Below, piece after piece: positions 37,739-49,771 of a stretch of DNA of 64,000 nucleotides. How positions within the stretch are numbered: the stretch's first letter is position 1; the number at the start of each line of letters is the position of its first letter. This stretch comes from Octopus sinensis (taxonomy: Eukaryota). Position numbers and translations under genes: made by a program. The notes under the pieces were generated by a model. That model was not told where the DNA came from. It saw nothing but the letters and a program-made list of their open reading frames with translations, and made no database searches. The stretch lies in NCBI RefSeq assembly GCF_006345805.1, contig NC_043002.1:94922001-94986000 (forward strand), read 5' to 3'.

Positions 37739-40039
37739 ATAGTGTGACTAAGGAAATTATTAGAGGTTTGCTAACAACGTTGTTTGGTTGAACAAGGAAA
37801 GGAGACAACTCTGAATGTTTCTGCATTATTTGGCTCCATTAGCAGCAGTAACAGCCTATTTGCTGGCACTAGTACTATCTAGCTTACTCTATAGAGAGTT
37901 TGTGAAAATTACATTGCACAGCAATAAAAAATAAGATTAATATTTTGGTATTTGATCAATATTTTCTTTTGTTTTTATCCTTATTTTGCTTTAGCTACCA
38001 TAACTAATTTTTTTATTAGCAATTAATAACCTGATCTGAATAATGTGTGCATATGAGTTTAATTCCTTTCTTGGTTTTTTATTTTTATTTTTTTTTGCGG
38101 TGGTGGGGAGGGTTCCCCAATATGCTTTAAGAACCTCATTTACTTGTTGGATCATTGCTGGACATCCCTATACTGGTGAAATTGATGCCATTAGTGTTTC
38201 TCTCAAACTCTTGTATATTGACACCTGCTGGGAAAATATGAGCTGGGAAGAAATTCTAGTGAGTTGGTGTTCTGGGCATGGTGGTTCATAGAAGATGGAG
38301 TTAGGGGGTTGGACACAACAAGAATGATGGGAAGAGAGAGAGACAAGTGAGACAGGAATGTCTGAGTGGAGTTGGTGTGAGCCCAGCCAGCTCCTAAGAG
38401 CAAAATTCATTACTGGGGCACTAGGAAAAAAAAGCACACACAAAAAAAGAGGAGATAGCATACTTGTAGGCCAGAGGCTGGAGCACATCTGTGAGTGACT
38501 TGATGCCAGTCGGCTGGGTGGCCCTCTCTGGGTAAACTCTAGTTTGTTTGTGTGTACACCAGCAGCACCATTTCAGATGTAAGAGTAACTCACCACTGCA
38601 GGTCTCATTGTAGGTTCTATGCTGTGAATTGCACTGATATCACGAGAAGTTCAGCTATAATGTACACATACATTCTGGACTACAATACTGTTTGACAATT
38701 AACAACCTTTGCTCTCTTGCCTGTTCTTATTGCTACTTGTATGGTTTTCTCTCTCTCTCTCTCTCTCTCTCCTCCCTCTCTCTCCCCCCTCCCTCCCTCC
38801 ATCCATCCTATAAAATTGACCCTTGCAACTTCTTCCTGAGTCTGTTTCACAAATTACTATTTTTTTCCCCATCATGTTTGCTATGCTTTTCATCCAAAAT
38901 TCTACATTAAATGTGCTTCCTAATGTTTTTACTCTAAGACTTAACCCCCTTTGAACTACCCACTAGCATTGTTTTCTTCTCGGTGACTTACTTTCAAGAG
39001 TTCAGAACATTGATTACCCATTTACTCCAGTATGCGTTGTTCTTCATAAAAACACAGAAACCATTGCTCCTAAATAATTCATAATTGAGTTTGACTAGTC
39101 ATATATAAGCATACGACTATCAAGTTATTAAAGCACATTAATTTCTTTTATGTCATATGGCATCAGTGGAAAATTGATACTAATTAATCTCAACTAATTT
39201 GTAATTATTTTATTTACATTGTTATTACCAAACATAATTGCTCTAATTATTTCTGGAAAAGCTCTAAATTAGCTGAACAAACCCAGTGTGGATAAAAAAT
39301 AGTCTAAAACATTGTGTTAATGTAACTGTACTACCAACAGACTCACTCAAACCTACAGCAGTGTGGTCTCTTCTGTTTGCCTTTTCTGCTACTTCTATGT
39401 TGGCTAGTGCTGCTCCTTGAAGCTGGCTTGGCTCATGCCATCTTCACACAAGCATTTCCTAACCCATTTGTCACTCTTCCCAACACTTTTATTGTGTTTA
39501 ATCCTCCAAGTCAAATGCCCCCTTTTGACCCTTGGAGTCGTCACGAGTGCCCCCCCCCCACTTCCTTACAAAATATTTTACTTTTCAAAATACTACTTAT
39601 TTTGATATCAGCAGATAATGATTAAAGCATAAAGGACGTCGTTTTACATATGCTCTTGTATGCAATTGGGAGTACAAATTGAAATGCAAAACAAAAAATG
39701 AAAAAAAAAAACAAATAGTAAATGGTCTTATGAATGAAAGTTTGGTAATTGCATTTACTTCCACCAAGTTACACTTACTAGATCAATGTGTTGTCTATCA
39801 AAAGAGTGCTCTTTGGTACAAGTAAATGCCAATGAAATCATTTCAAGCCTTTCCAATTTCCCTTATCAAAACAGCTAGAACTTGTGCAACAATTTGACAT
39901 ATAAGTTATTGTCACCTGGAAAGAGGATTTTTTCTTCTCAAGAAAGAGAGCATATTTGATAGAAATTGTTGAAGTACTATGTATTTACTAAGTACTTCAG
40001 ATGAGTAGCAAATTGTGGCAGATGGTATTCCCTGTACTT

Positions 40040-41336
40040 GAATCTTGTTCATTTGAGTCACAAAATCAGCCCCCTTTTAAAATGAAGTGAAAAAAATCTG
40101 AAAATTTGTCATATTAAACATTCATTTCTTATTCATTTATTGAGAAAAAGTCTGAAAAAGTTACAAACGTTTAAAAACCAAAAAGCTGTCTATTTTTAAC
40201 CAATAATAAACTTTCGTTGTAGTGAACAGTGTCAACTTTAAGGTTGTACCTGTGTGAGGTTATACCTGTGTAAGGTTGTACCCTGTGTTACTTGTTCATT
40301 GTAGGTTTCTAAATAAAGGTAAATACCTTATAAGGTCATGTTTATATTCTTTTCTTTGTTACATTTATGTATTTATCTGTATGTGTTTGGGTAAATTTTT
40401 ACAAGTGCACCCACATTCGCAGCTATTTGCGATAATGGTGGGTCCTTTATCGCAAATAGCTGTTACGTGGTAGCAGGGCATGTTAGAAATAGCAGCCATA
40501 TCTTTCCTTTTCTGGGTTCCGGGAAACTTTAAGGTCCCCCATCGCTCTTCCCCCTTTTCCGTAAAAAGTGGCTTGCGGCAGGTTTGGCAGTCAGATGCAT
40601 ATGAAAAATCCAAGGTTTTCCATTTTTACTTCCTGTTCTTACTGACAAACATTCATTACGTCTATTGTGGGTGCACCACCAGCATAAATTCCTATGGACC
40701 CCTTTCTTAGTAATATTGTGCCTAGATTTACTACACATTTTTTTTTAGGAATAACACCCTTTACTTCAAAATAATATGCAGCATCCACCTCTGTTTTCAG
40801 TATCTCCTTCAGACTAGTACAGTTAAATGACTTGGATGCAGCCAACAAGCAAAATTAAACAAACACAGAAAAACTTTACAAAAGGCAAAAGAATTATAAA
40901 AACACAAAAAAAACTTCTAGAAATATATGTAAAATACTACGAAAATTCACAAAAAATACCTAAAATAAAATTCTAATTGATATAAGCACAGGTAGTGTAC
41001 GTTTTATAAAGTTTTCACAAAAATAACAAAATCGAAACATGTACAGAGAGTCTGTGTGCTGCTGAGAAGATTCAGCACAGCAAAGTAAAATTGGACACTT
41101 AAGTTGTCATATGTTGCTATGGTAACTAGCTGTTAATGCCTTGCTGTCTTTTGATTGGTTAAAATTACACAAATTTTCCAACTTTAATTCCAAATAACAT
41201 CAGATTCTTTAATTTACGAGAGAAAGTAATTGATTGTGTGTAATCAAAATTCCGAACTCCATCCATAGCCCAAATTAGAAAACAATCTAAGCAAAATTAA
41301 AGGGGGCTGATTTTGTGACTCAAACTAACTAGATCC
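40040..41336 (-). mobile_element. Internally deleted Merlin (ISXO2/IS1595-like) DNA transposon
   Basis: About 38-bp TIR (tttgagtcacaaaatcagccccctt at both ends, terminus GGATCT). Frameshifted minus-strand peptide LKTEVDAAYYFEVKGVIPKKK/CSKS...WWC...SVRTGS resembles the Merlin N-terminal zinc-ribbon region. No clean TSD. Confidence 0.65.
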
Positions 41337-42774
41337 AACTTAACATGTAATCTGGTGTATGGCTGTTGTTCAAATGGGTACAAAACCTAAAACAAATGTG
41401 TGCATGTGTGTGTGTGGTTGGGCCTTTGATAACCAGGGGTCAATTTAAATTCAATCACAGAAAGGCATTCAAAACGGCAATGCACGCAATCATATACATA
41501 CAAATATACCCATACATACACACACACAAACACATACCTATCTGCCATTCCCAAAAGCTAGTTTCAGCTAAAATTCTTACCACCATTCTTTATATATTTG
41601 CACACAGACACACATATACACACACATTCAGCTTTTCGCTTTTATTCAATGCTTTGTTTTTCTTTTAGTCGTCTGTCATCCTTCATCTGTTTTTAGTTTT
41701 TGTTCTTGTTTTGGGGGTTTCACTTTAATGACACCAGTTACACACGGTACCAGGAATTTGCTTGGTGTTTCCAAAGTGGAAAAAGTGTTTTTCAAGTTTC
41801 AAAAATTTAAAACAAAAAGGCATGTTTTTTTTAAAAAAAAAAATGACTGTTGCAGAGATGTGAAAATATGACTACTACTCATTAATTTCAAATTAAACTT
41901 ATCAAATTTGAGGGTCTTCCAGCGCCCCCCCCAAGTCTCTTAAGGCCCCCCCCCCACTCCTAACACCTCTTTGCTCCAATACGCCCTCCCTTGAGCTCCA
42001 AATGACCCCCATTGAGAACCTTTGCTCCAAGCCATGCACTAATCACTACTATGTCCAGTTCTTCATTTCTAGAATATTGGCTCTGTAGAGTTTCCTCTTT
42101 GCTCATGCCTTTCCTGCAGATGTTCACTTATAAAAGCTTCAGGAGAATCATTAATGGTATCAATCTCCCCAGTCAGTCAGGTGGATGCAAAGTCATGGGC
42201 ACTGTTCCTTTCTTTAGCCTTAGCAAGTGAAAAAGATTTTATGTTCTGTAATTCTGAAGATATTCATTTATGGGCCCTTCTTTTGTAACCACCATTTTTT
42301 TTTTTTATATAATAAGACAAATCTTAATTAGTAAATTCTAATGTGGTTTTTCTCTTTCCTTTACTAAGCACTTTTGCTTGGCACCAGTTTGTTATCCCTA
42401 TAAACCTAATTCTACCCACCTGAGCTCTAGTTTAAACAATTTGCTACAATATTCAGTTAGCTTTCTCAACCAAATTAGATTTCATTCTTGGTTTCACATT
42501 ATCTGAAGAACAGCAAATTAGGTGCTTCATCTCTTCTTGTGTTTGCAAAAATTAAATTCACTTGTTGACGTCTCTTTGATAGCAATGCTTTCAGCAACTA
42601 GTTACTATGAGTGTTAAAAATGGTACAGAATTCCCATTTAATATTTTTCTATACTCTTTCATGCTGCTCTGTAAATTACTTAACACATCAACCTGCTTCT
42701 CACTGATATCATTATTATGATCAACTTTGCTATGACTGTATCATAAGAAATACTCTTCTAGTGTTCATACATCA

Positions 42775-43480
42775 TCATCATCATTTTACTCCCATTTTTC
42801 CATTTTTGCATGGATTGTACTGGTCTTCTTCAGCACAGTGACTTACCATTCGTTCATAGTTTTCTAATCTTTTCTGAGATTCAGCTTCATAAGATCAGCT
42901 TTCATCATCTCTTCTTGTATATTCTGCAGGCCACTTTTCATTTGGTTTGCTTAGAATTAATTTCTTCACCCGAGTGTTACTCTCCATACATATCACATGT
43001 CCATACCAGTTCAGTACTCTCTAGCACTTTACGTCTGATGCCTTTTATACTGTTTTTCTCTCAGCCAATTTCTGCTCTATTATTTCAATGCACTAACGTT
43101 ATTACATCCCAGCAGAACATACTTGCTTCGTTTCTCCCCAACCTTTGTACATTTTCTGTATTCAGTGCCCATGCTTTGCTATGATATGATGTCATACTTT
43201 GTGCACAAACATACAATCAACTCTTCACTTGAAGAGGGAATTTCTTTCTTGTCAACAGATGCAATGTTTCCCTATAGTAATAGCTTGCTTTGCTGGAGAA
43301 GTAAGGAGGAGCTGGTCAGTAACTCTCTTTTTTGATGCCTCAACATGGTCACAATTCCATAGGTTGCCTTGTGAAGCTCCATGTCCATCAGTTATCTGAC
43401 AACACTTATTATCTCCAAGAGGAACCATCACCTGCCATGAAAGATGGAGATGAGTAGAGTATTGTGATCAACTGAATCTG
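42775..43480 (-). mobile_element. Old, degraded RTE LINE fragment
   Basis: Minus strand at about 43000 encodes LNWYGHVICM (compare RLRWYGHMTRM in ORF 45323); (cat)n tail at 42770. Confidence 0.6.
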
Positions 43481-44498
43481 AGCAAGCTTGACTGACTTGA
43501 TGATGAGTGTATATTACAATATTAGAGTATAGCAGTGTGTGTAGGTGCAGGAATAGCTGTGTGGTTGAACCATCTAGTTTCAGGTTCAGTCCTACTGTGA
43601 GGCACCATGGACAAGTGCCTTCTACTATAGCTCCAAGTTGAATAAATAAATCCGTGTAAATAGATTTGGAGGGCAGAAACTGAAAGAAGCTTGTTGTGTA
43701 TGTATATATGCTTGCATGCGAGTGAGTGTGTGTGTTTCTGTCTCCTTGCCTTAATATTGAAGCAGTGTCATTCATTTCCAGTATCTTGTATAAATATATC
43801 TGGCCATGGGGAGATATAACTTTGCTTGGAAGCACTTGAGGGCTAGTAATAAGAAAGGTATCTGACAGTGGAAAATCTGCCTCAGTAAACTCCAGCCATG
43901 CATGCATGAAAAACTGGACGTTAAAATAATTGGGACTTGTGGCAATTTACTGTACTTGAGAAGACATGTCAAACTAAGTAAAATCACAGCCATCCATACA
44001 TACAAACATGTCTTTTATGGCCATGTCCCCCTCCCTCTCTCAGCTGAGACGCCTTTGTCTTGCAGGTGCTGGTGCCATGTAAAATGCGCTCTTGCTAGTC
44101 CATGTACAATTCATCCTTGCCAGTGGCACGTAAAAAAACCCAGCACACTCTGTAAAAAGGTTGGTGTTATAAAGGGTGTCCAACTGTAGAAACCATGCCA
44201 AAACAGACAAATGAAGCCTCGACAGCTTTCTGGCTGGCCAGCTCCTGTCCAACCCATGCCAGCATGATGATGATACATACACAAGTAAGATCATAAATGC
44301 AAAACAAGGCAGAAGAAATAGTACTTGAATCCCAAAGGTAGAGTAATATGATTTTTATTAAAGCTGAAAAGATCTTCACAAACTGTTATTCATAGCTTCA
44401 CATTACCAATTGTTGGACAGGTGTATTCATACAGTATGATTCTAAAAATCATGTAAATATATGTATATATATATATATATATTATATATATATATATG

Positions 44499-45080
44499 AA
44501 TAAAATACAAAATGGGACAAGAACGCAAAACATCCGGACAACTAGGGGTTATAAAAAGGGACAACAAAACATCCAGATAGACAAATTCAGCCAGATGAAT
44601 TTAATTCGTCCCCAGTCGAAAGATGCCTGTTGTTATGTCCTGTTATTATTATCGTTATTTTTATTATATCTTTGTATTTATATTCGTGTAACATCATCTG
44701 TTTTTCCATTCTTGTTTTCGTATACATTCAATGCTTTTTTTCTAAAGAATCTAATGCTCTTAGCTTAGTTTTTCCTTGGGGCTGGCCAGATTGGAGCAAT
44801 CTCAAGATTAATCAGCTGAAATTGCGAGAATGATCCGGTTTTTGACTGAAGATAAAAACTTCGAATGACCCGTCCTTGTTTTTTTTGTATCGTCTATATG
44901 AATGTTTTGTTTTCCCTTTTTGTATTGTTTATATGAATGTTTTGTTTTCCCTTTTTCTATTGTCTATATGAATGTTTTGTTTTCCCTTTTTGTATTGTCT
45001 ATATGAATGTTTTGTTTTCCCTTTTTGTATCACCTAGTTGACCGGATGTTTTGCGTTCTTGTCCCATTTTGTATTTTATT
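44499..45080 (+). mobile_element. Non-coding element with an inverted terminal duplication, internal 35-bp x4 repeat and a permuted hammerhead motif
   Basis: 44499-44584 is the reverse complement of 44995-45080; (ctatatgaatgttttgttttccctttttgtattgt)4 at 44894-45030; next to (TA)n. Confidence 0.75.
44796..44860 (+). ncRNA. Candidate non-circularly permuted hammerhead ribozyme
   Basis: gcaa-UC-ucaaga ... GAAA-uugc ...(14 nt)... uuuuga-CUGAAGA. Stem III uugc/gcaa and stem I ucaaga/uuuuga pair in register; stem II is unclear. Confidence 0.6.
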
Positions 45081-45117
45081 TTATATATCTATATAGTGGT
45101 GTACGTACACTTTATTT

Positions 45118-45207
<90 letters not shown>

Positions 45208-45208
<1 letters not shown>

Positions 45209-46294
45209 CAACGAGTACAGTGAAGAATTCCGGGTAGAGGTTGGGGTCCACCAAGGTTCAGTCCTCAGCCCCCTCCTATTTATCATAGTCCTCCAGGCAA
45301 TAACGGAAGAATTTAAGACAGGATGCCCCTGGAGCTCCTCTATGCTGATGACCTTGCTCTAATTGCTGAGTCACTATCAGAACTGGAGGAGAAGTTTCAG
45401 GTGTGGAAACAAGGATTAGAATCGAAGGGCCTTAGAATCAACCTAGCCAAAACCAAAGTCCTAATAAGTAGGAGGGTGGACCAACCACAAACGACTTCAG
45501 GTAGATGGCCCTGCTCGATCTGTAAAAAAGGTGTAGGTAGAAACTCTATAAGGTGCACCAAGTGTAAGCTATGGACACATAAGAGGTGCAGCAATGTCAA
45601 AGGTAGGCTAACTGGGAAGATAGTTTTCGTATGTGGCAGATGCTCAGGAGAAATAAACACTGGAAATGTGCAGAGACCAACTGCTACCACGTTCCAGGGA
45701 GACAAACTAGAAGTAGTTGATAGCTTCCGCTACCTAGGAGACCAAGTCAGTAGCGGGGGTGGGTGTGCTGAAAGTGTAACTGCTAGAGTAAGAATAGCCT
45801 GGGCAAAGTTTAGAGAGCTCTTACCCCTGCTGGTGACAAAAGGCCTCTCGCTCAGAGTAAAAGGCAGACTTTATGATGCATGTGTACGTACAGCCATGCT
45901 ACATGGTAGTGAAACATGGGCCGTGACTGCTGAGGATATGCGTAAGCTCGCAAGAAATGAAGCCAGTATGCTCCGATGGATGTGTAATGTCAGAGTTCAT
46001 AATCGTCAGAGTGTAAGTACCTTGAGAGAAAAGTTGAACCTAAGAAGCGTCAGTTGTGGTGTGCAAGAGAGACGGCTGCGCTGGTATGGTCATATGACGA
46101 GAATGGCTGAAGATAGTTGTGTGCAAAAGTGCTACACCCTAGCAGTTGAGGGAACCTGTGGAAGAGGTAGACCCAGGAAAACCTGGGACGAAGTGGTGAA
46201 GCACGACCTACGAACTTTAGGTCTCACCAAGGAAATGACTAGAGACCGAGACCTATGGAAGTATGCTGTGCGTGAGAAGACCCGGCAAGACTAG
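45208..46294 (+). pseudogene. RTE reverse transcriptase C-terminal half with an inserted PHD-like Cys4-His-Cys3 finger
   Basis: YADD motif; CSIC...CTKCKLWTHKRC...CGRC lies between RT subdomains 6 and 7; 323 codons without a stop. Confidence 0.9.
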
Positions 46295-46616
46295 TCAGGC
46301 CATAACCCATGGCCCCTACCTGGGACGTAGTCAGTCCACCTGTGCATACCTTCCTTCTTGTGACACTTGTGAAGACCTGTTGAGGCAAGTGAAAATCAAA
46401 TCAAATCAAACAAAATCAAAATAGATGAACATCAATGGAATTTGTATCTTGTGGTACCAGTGCTGGTGGCACACAAGAATACCATCCGAACGTGGCCGTA
46501 GCCAGTGCCGCACCGACTGGCCTCCATGCTGTGGGCACGTAACAAATCACCATCCAATCGTGGCCGATCGCCAGCCTAATCTGGCTCCTGTGTCGGTGGC
46601 ACATAAATAAAAAAAA

Positions 46617-46866
46617 AAACACCATCCGAGCGTGGTCGTCTGCTAGCCTTGTCTGGCACCTGTGTCGGTGGCACATAAAAACACCATCCGAGCGTGGTCG
46701 TTCGCCAGCCTCGTCTGGCACCTGTGTCGGTGGCACATAAAAACACCATCCAAGCGTGGTCGTTCGCCAGCTTCGTCTGGCACCTGTGTCGGTGGCACAT
46801 AAAAACACCATCCGAGCGTGGCCGTTCGCCAGCCTCGTCTGGCACCTGTGTCGGTGGCACATAAAA
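46617..46866 (+). repeat. 62-bp tandem repeat x4 in the RTE 3' UTR
   Basis: accatcc starts at 46621, 46683, 46745 and 46807. Confidence 0.92.
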
Positions 46867-47041
46867 TCACCCACTACACTCTCGGAGTGGTTGGCGTTAG
46901 GAAGGGCATCCAGCTGTAGAAACACTGCCAGATCTTACTGGCCTGGTGCAGCCTTCGGGTTCCCCAGACCCCAGTTGAACCGTCCAACCCATGCTAGCAT
47001 GGAAAGCGGACGTTAAATGATGATGATGATGATGATGATGA

Positions 47042-47521
47042 TATATGTGTGTGTGTGTGTGTGTGTGGTATATATGTGTATATAGATATGTGTGTGTGTG
47101 TGTGTGTATATATGTGTGTGTGTATATATATATGTGTGTATATATATATATGTGTGTGTGTGTATATATATGTGTGTGTGTGTGTGTGTGTATATATATG
47201 TGTGTGTGTGTATATGTGTATATATGTGTGTGTGTGTATATATATGTGTATATATATGTGTGTGTGTGTGTGTGTGTATATATATGTGTATATATATGTG
47301 TGTGTGTATATATATGTATATATATATATGTGTGTATATACATGTGTATATATATATGTGTGTGTATATATGTGTGTGTATATATGTGTGTGTATATATG
47401 TGTGTGTATATATGTGTGTGTATATATGTGTGTATATATATGTGTGTGTATATATATGTGTGTATATATATATATATGTATGTATGTATGTATATATGTG
47501 CGTGTGTATGTGCGTGTGTGT
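47042..47521. repeat. (TG)n/(TA)n compound microsatellite
   Basis: Direct inspection. Confidence 0.95.
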
Positions 47522-48892
47522 AACTGTTAGAGTATATTGAAATATCAGTGCTTAGCAGTGTATATTGCATTATTAGCAAATAATGTTTCTATTGGTGTAC
47601 ATTAAAATATTAGCATCAACTCTACAGCTAGAAGTAATTTGCATGCAGGAGTTTAAATTAAGAAAATATTAAATATTTTTAATAAACTGTAGAATAACAG
47701 AATGTTATCAGTTCTTATTTTAAGCTTGTCTATTTAATGTTTCACTGATTGAGTCCCCAGTGGTGGGTGAGTAGGAAGCAGGAACATTCATGCTTACTGA
47801 AATGAAATTTTCTTCAAAAAGAACTAAAACCAGATTATAGGTTAAGCTAATAAAGAAACTACTGCAGTCTATGGTGGTAATTATTTTTATATATTTGTGT
47901 AATTATACCATGTGTGTGTTTGTTTACATAAAATCAGTACATTAAGTAATGTTCATACAAGCCTGTCTGTTTGTCGTTTATATTGATTCAAATAACAATT
48001 AAGATAAATGTAAACATGTTATCTCACTAAAAAATATGATAATAATAAATGAATAAATGAATAATAAAATAAAATAAATATATAAATATAAAATTGGAAA
48101 AAAAAGCAAATTTGTCTAGCCTTACGATATGGTACTGAGGAAATGCTATAGTTTAGCATTGACATATAACTGTTGTCTTTATTCTTTTACCTGTTTCATT
48201 CCTGTGACAAATTCTTTTGATGCTATATTAATCTTTTTTAAAAAGTGTCCCAAAAAAGTAATCATAAAACCAAAGTAAATCTAATTAAATTACTAGTCTT
48301 GTTGTTGTTGTTGATGTTGTTATGTGTCATGATTCTTTCTCTATATGACTGTTCTTCTGATTGAGAGAGTTGACAATAAACTAAGGTTTCATTCTATTAC
48401 TTGTTTACAGTTATAACATCTACTGTTTGGAAGTGGAGAAGAGAATTGGTTTATCTTGTTAATATCAATACTGTAGCTTAGTGAAACAAAAATCTATTCT
48501 TTCAATGTCTTTGATGGATTTTGTATAAATGTCACTTTAGCATAATCTGCAAGATAACGGTTTTTATGCCATCAAAGCAATTTCATTCACAACTTTTACC
48601 CTATTTCATGCTTTTTTGATAAAATTTTCAGGTTTCATTATGTTATCTCTTGTAGATTGTTACATCAGTAAACTCTGATTAGTAACAAATTCCTAATTGT
48701 CAAAAATCTCAAAGATAGCTGTCCATAAAAGATACTGTAAATTTTTATTCTGATCATTAATTACTTGCAAGACTCAAGAGACTTCCATGGTTTTTTAATG
48801 TTTATATTTCTAGCTTGTTGCACAAATTCAGAGACAGTTTATAAGATCTTTGTAATATTGTTACAAGTTTCACTTGTGACTTTGTGTTCCAT

Positions 48893-49518
48893 AGGCGTAG
48901 GAGTGGCTGTGTGGTAAGTAGCTTGCTTACCGACCACATGGGTCCGGGTTCAGTCCAACTGCCTGGCACCTTGGGCAAGTGTCTTCTACTATAGCCTTGT
49001 GGGTGGATTTGGTAGATGGAAACTGAAAGAAGCCTATCATATATATGTGTATATATATATATATATATATCATCATTTAACGTCCGCTTTCCATGCTAGC
49101 ATGGGTTGGACGATTTTGACTGAGGGCTGGCGAACCAGATGGCTGCACCAGGCTTCAGTCTTGATTTGGCAGAGTTTCTACAGCTGGATGCCCTTCCTAA
49201 CGCCAACCGAGAGTGTAGTGGGTGCTTTTACGTGCCACCGGCACGGGGGCCAGGCAGGCGGGACTGGCAACGACCTCGCTCGTGCCAGAAGGCGACGCTG
49301 TTAACGATCATGTTCGAATGGTGCCCTTCATGCCCGAATGGTGCCCTTTAAGTGCCACTGGCACGAAAGTCGGTTAGCCGCTGTCAGTAATCACGCTCGT
49401 ATGGTGCTCTTTGCACCCTGCTAGCATGGACGCCAGTCATCAAATTTGATTTTGCTTTTGATTGGTTGATTGATATATATATATGTGTATATATATACAG
49501 ATATGTATATATATACAG

Positions 49519-49560
<42 letters not shown>

Positions 49561-49771
49561 ATGTATGTATATGTTTGTATGTCCGTATTTGTCCCCCCAA
49601 CATCGCTTCACAACCGATGCTGGTGTGTTTATGTCCCCGTAACTTAGCGGCTTGGGAAAAGAGACTAATAGAATAAGTACTAGGTTTACAAAGAATAAGT
49701 CCTGAGGTCGATTTGCTCGACTAAAGGTGGTGCTTCTGCATGGCCACAGTCAAATGACTGAAACAAGTAAA
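48893..49771 (+). mobile_element. SINE B with an antisense RTE 3' UTR (about 49068-49462) inserted in its internal microsatellite
   Basis: Head at 48893, tail gactgaaacaagtaaaa at 49755-49771; RTE tail catcatttaacgtccgctttccatgc inside. Confidence 0.85.

Larger units (their letters stand above)
45208..47041 (+). mobile_element. Young 5'-truncated RTE-clade LINE with long 3' UTR and (GAT)n tail
   Basis: GVHQGSVLSPLLF, then a 1-bp frameshift near 45330, then LLYADDL...RYLG...MLHGSETW...RRLRWYGH...GRGRPRKTW; inserted in (TA)n. Confidence 0.95.

Noticed and set aside
39448-42024. Possible large hAT element enclosing the Merlin-like element
   Set aside because: Right end (cccccattgagaacctttg) looks hAT-like, but the left TIR and TSD do not match convincingly.
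47013-47579. HTHIY/VCVY ORFs here and at 2.0, 6.8, 49.4, 61.6 and 62.4 kb
   Set aside because: Translations of dinucleotide microsatellites.
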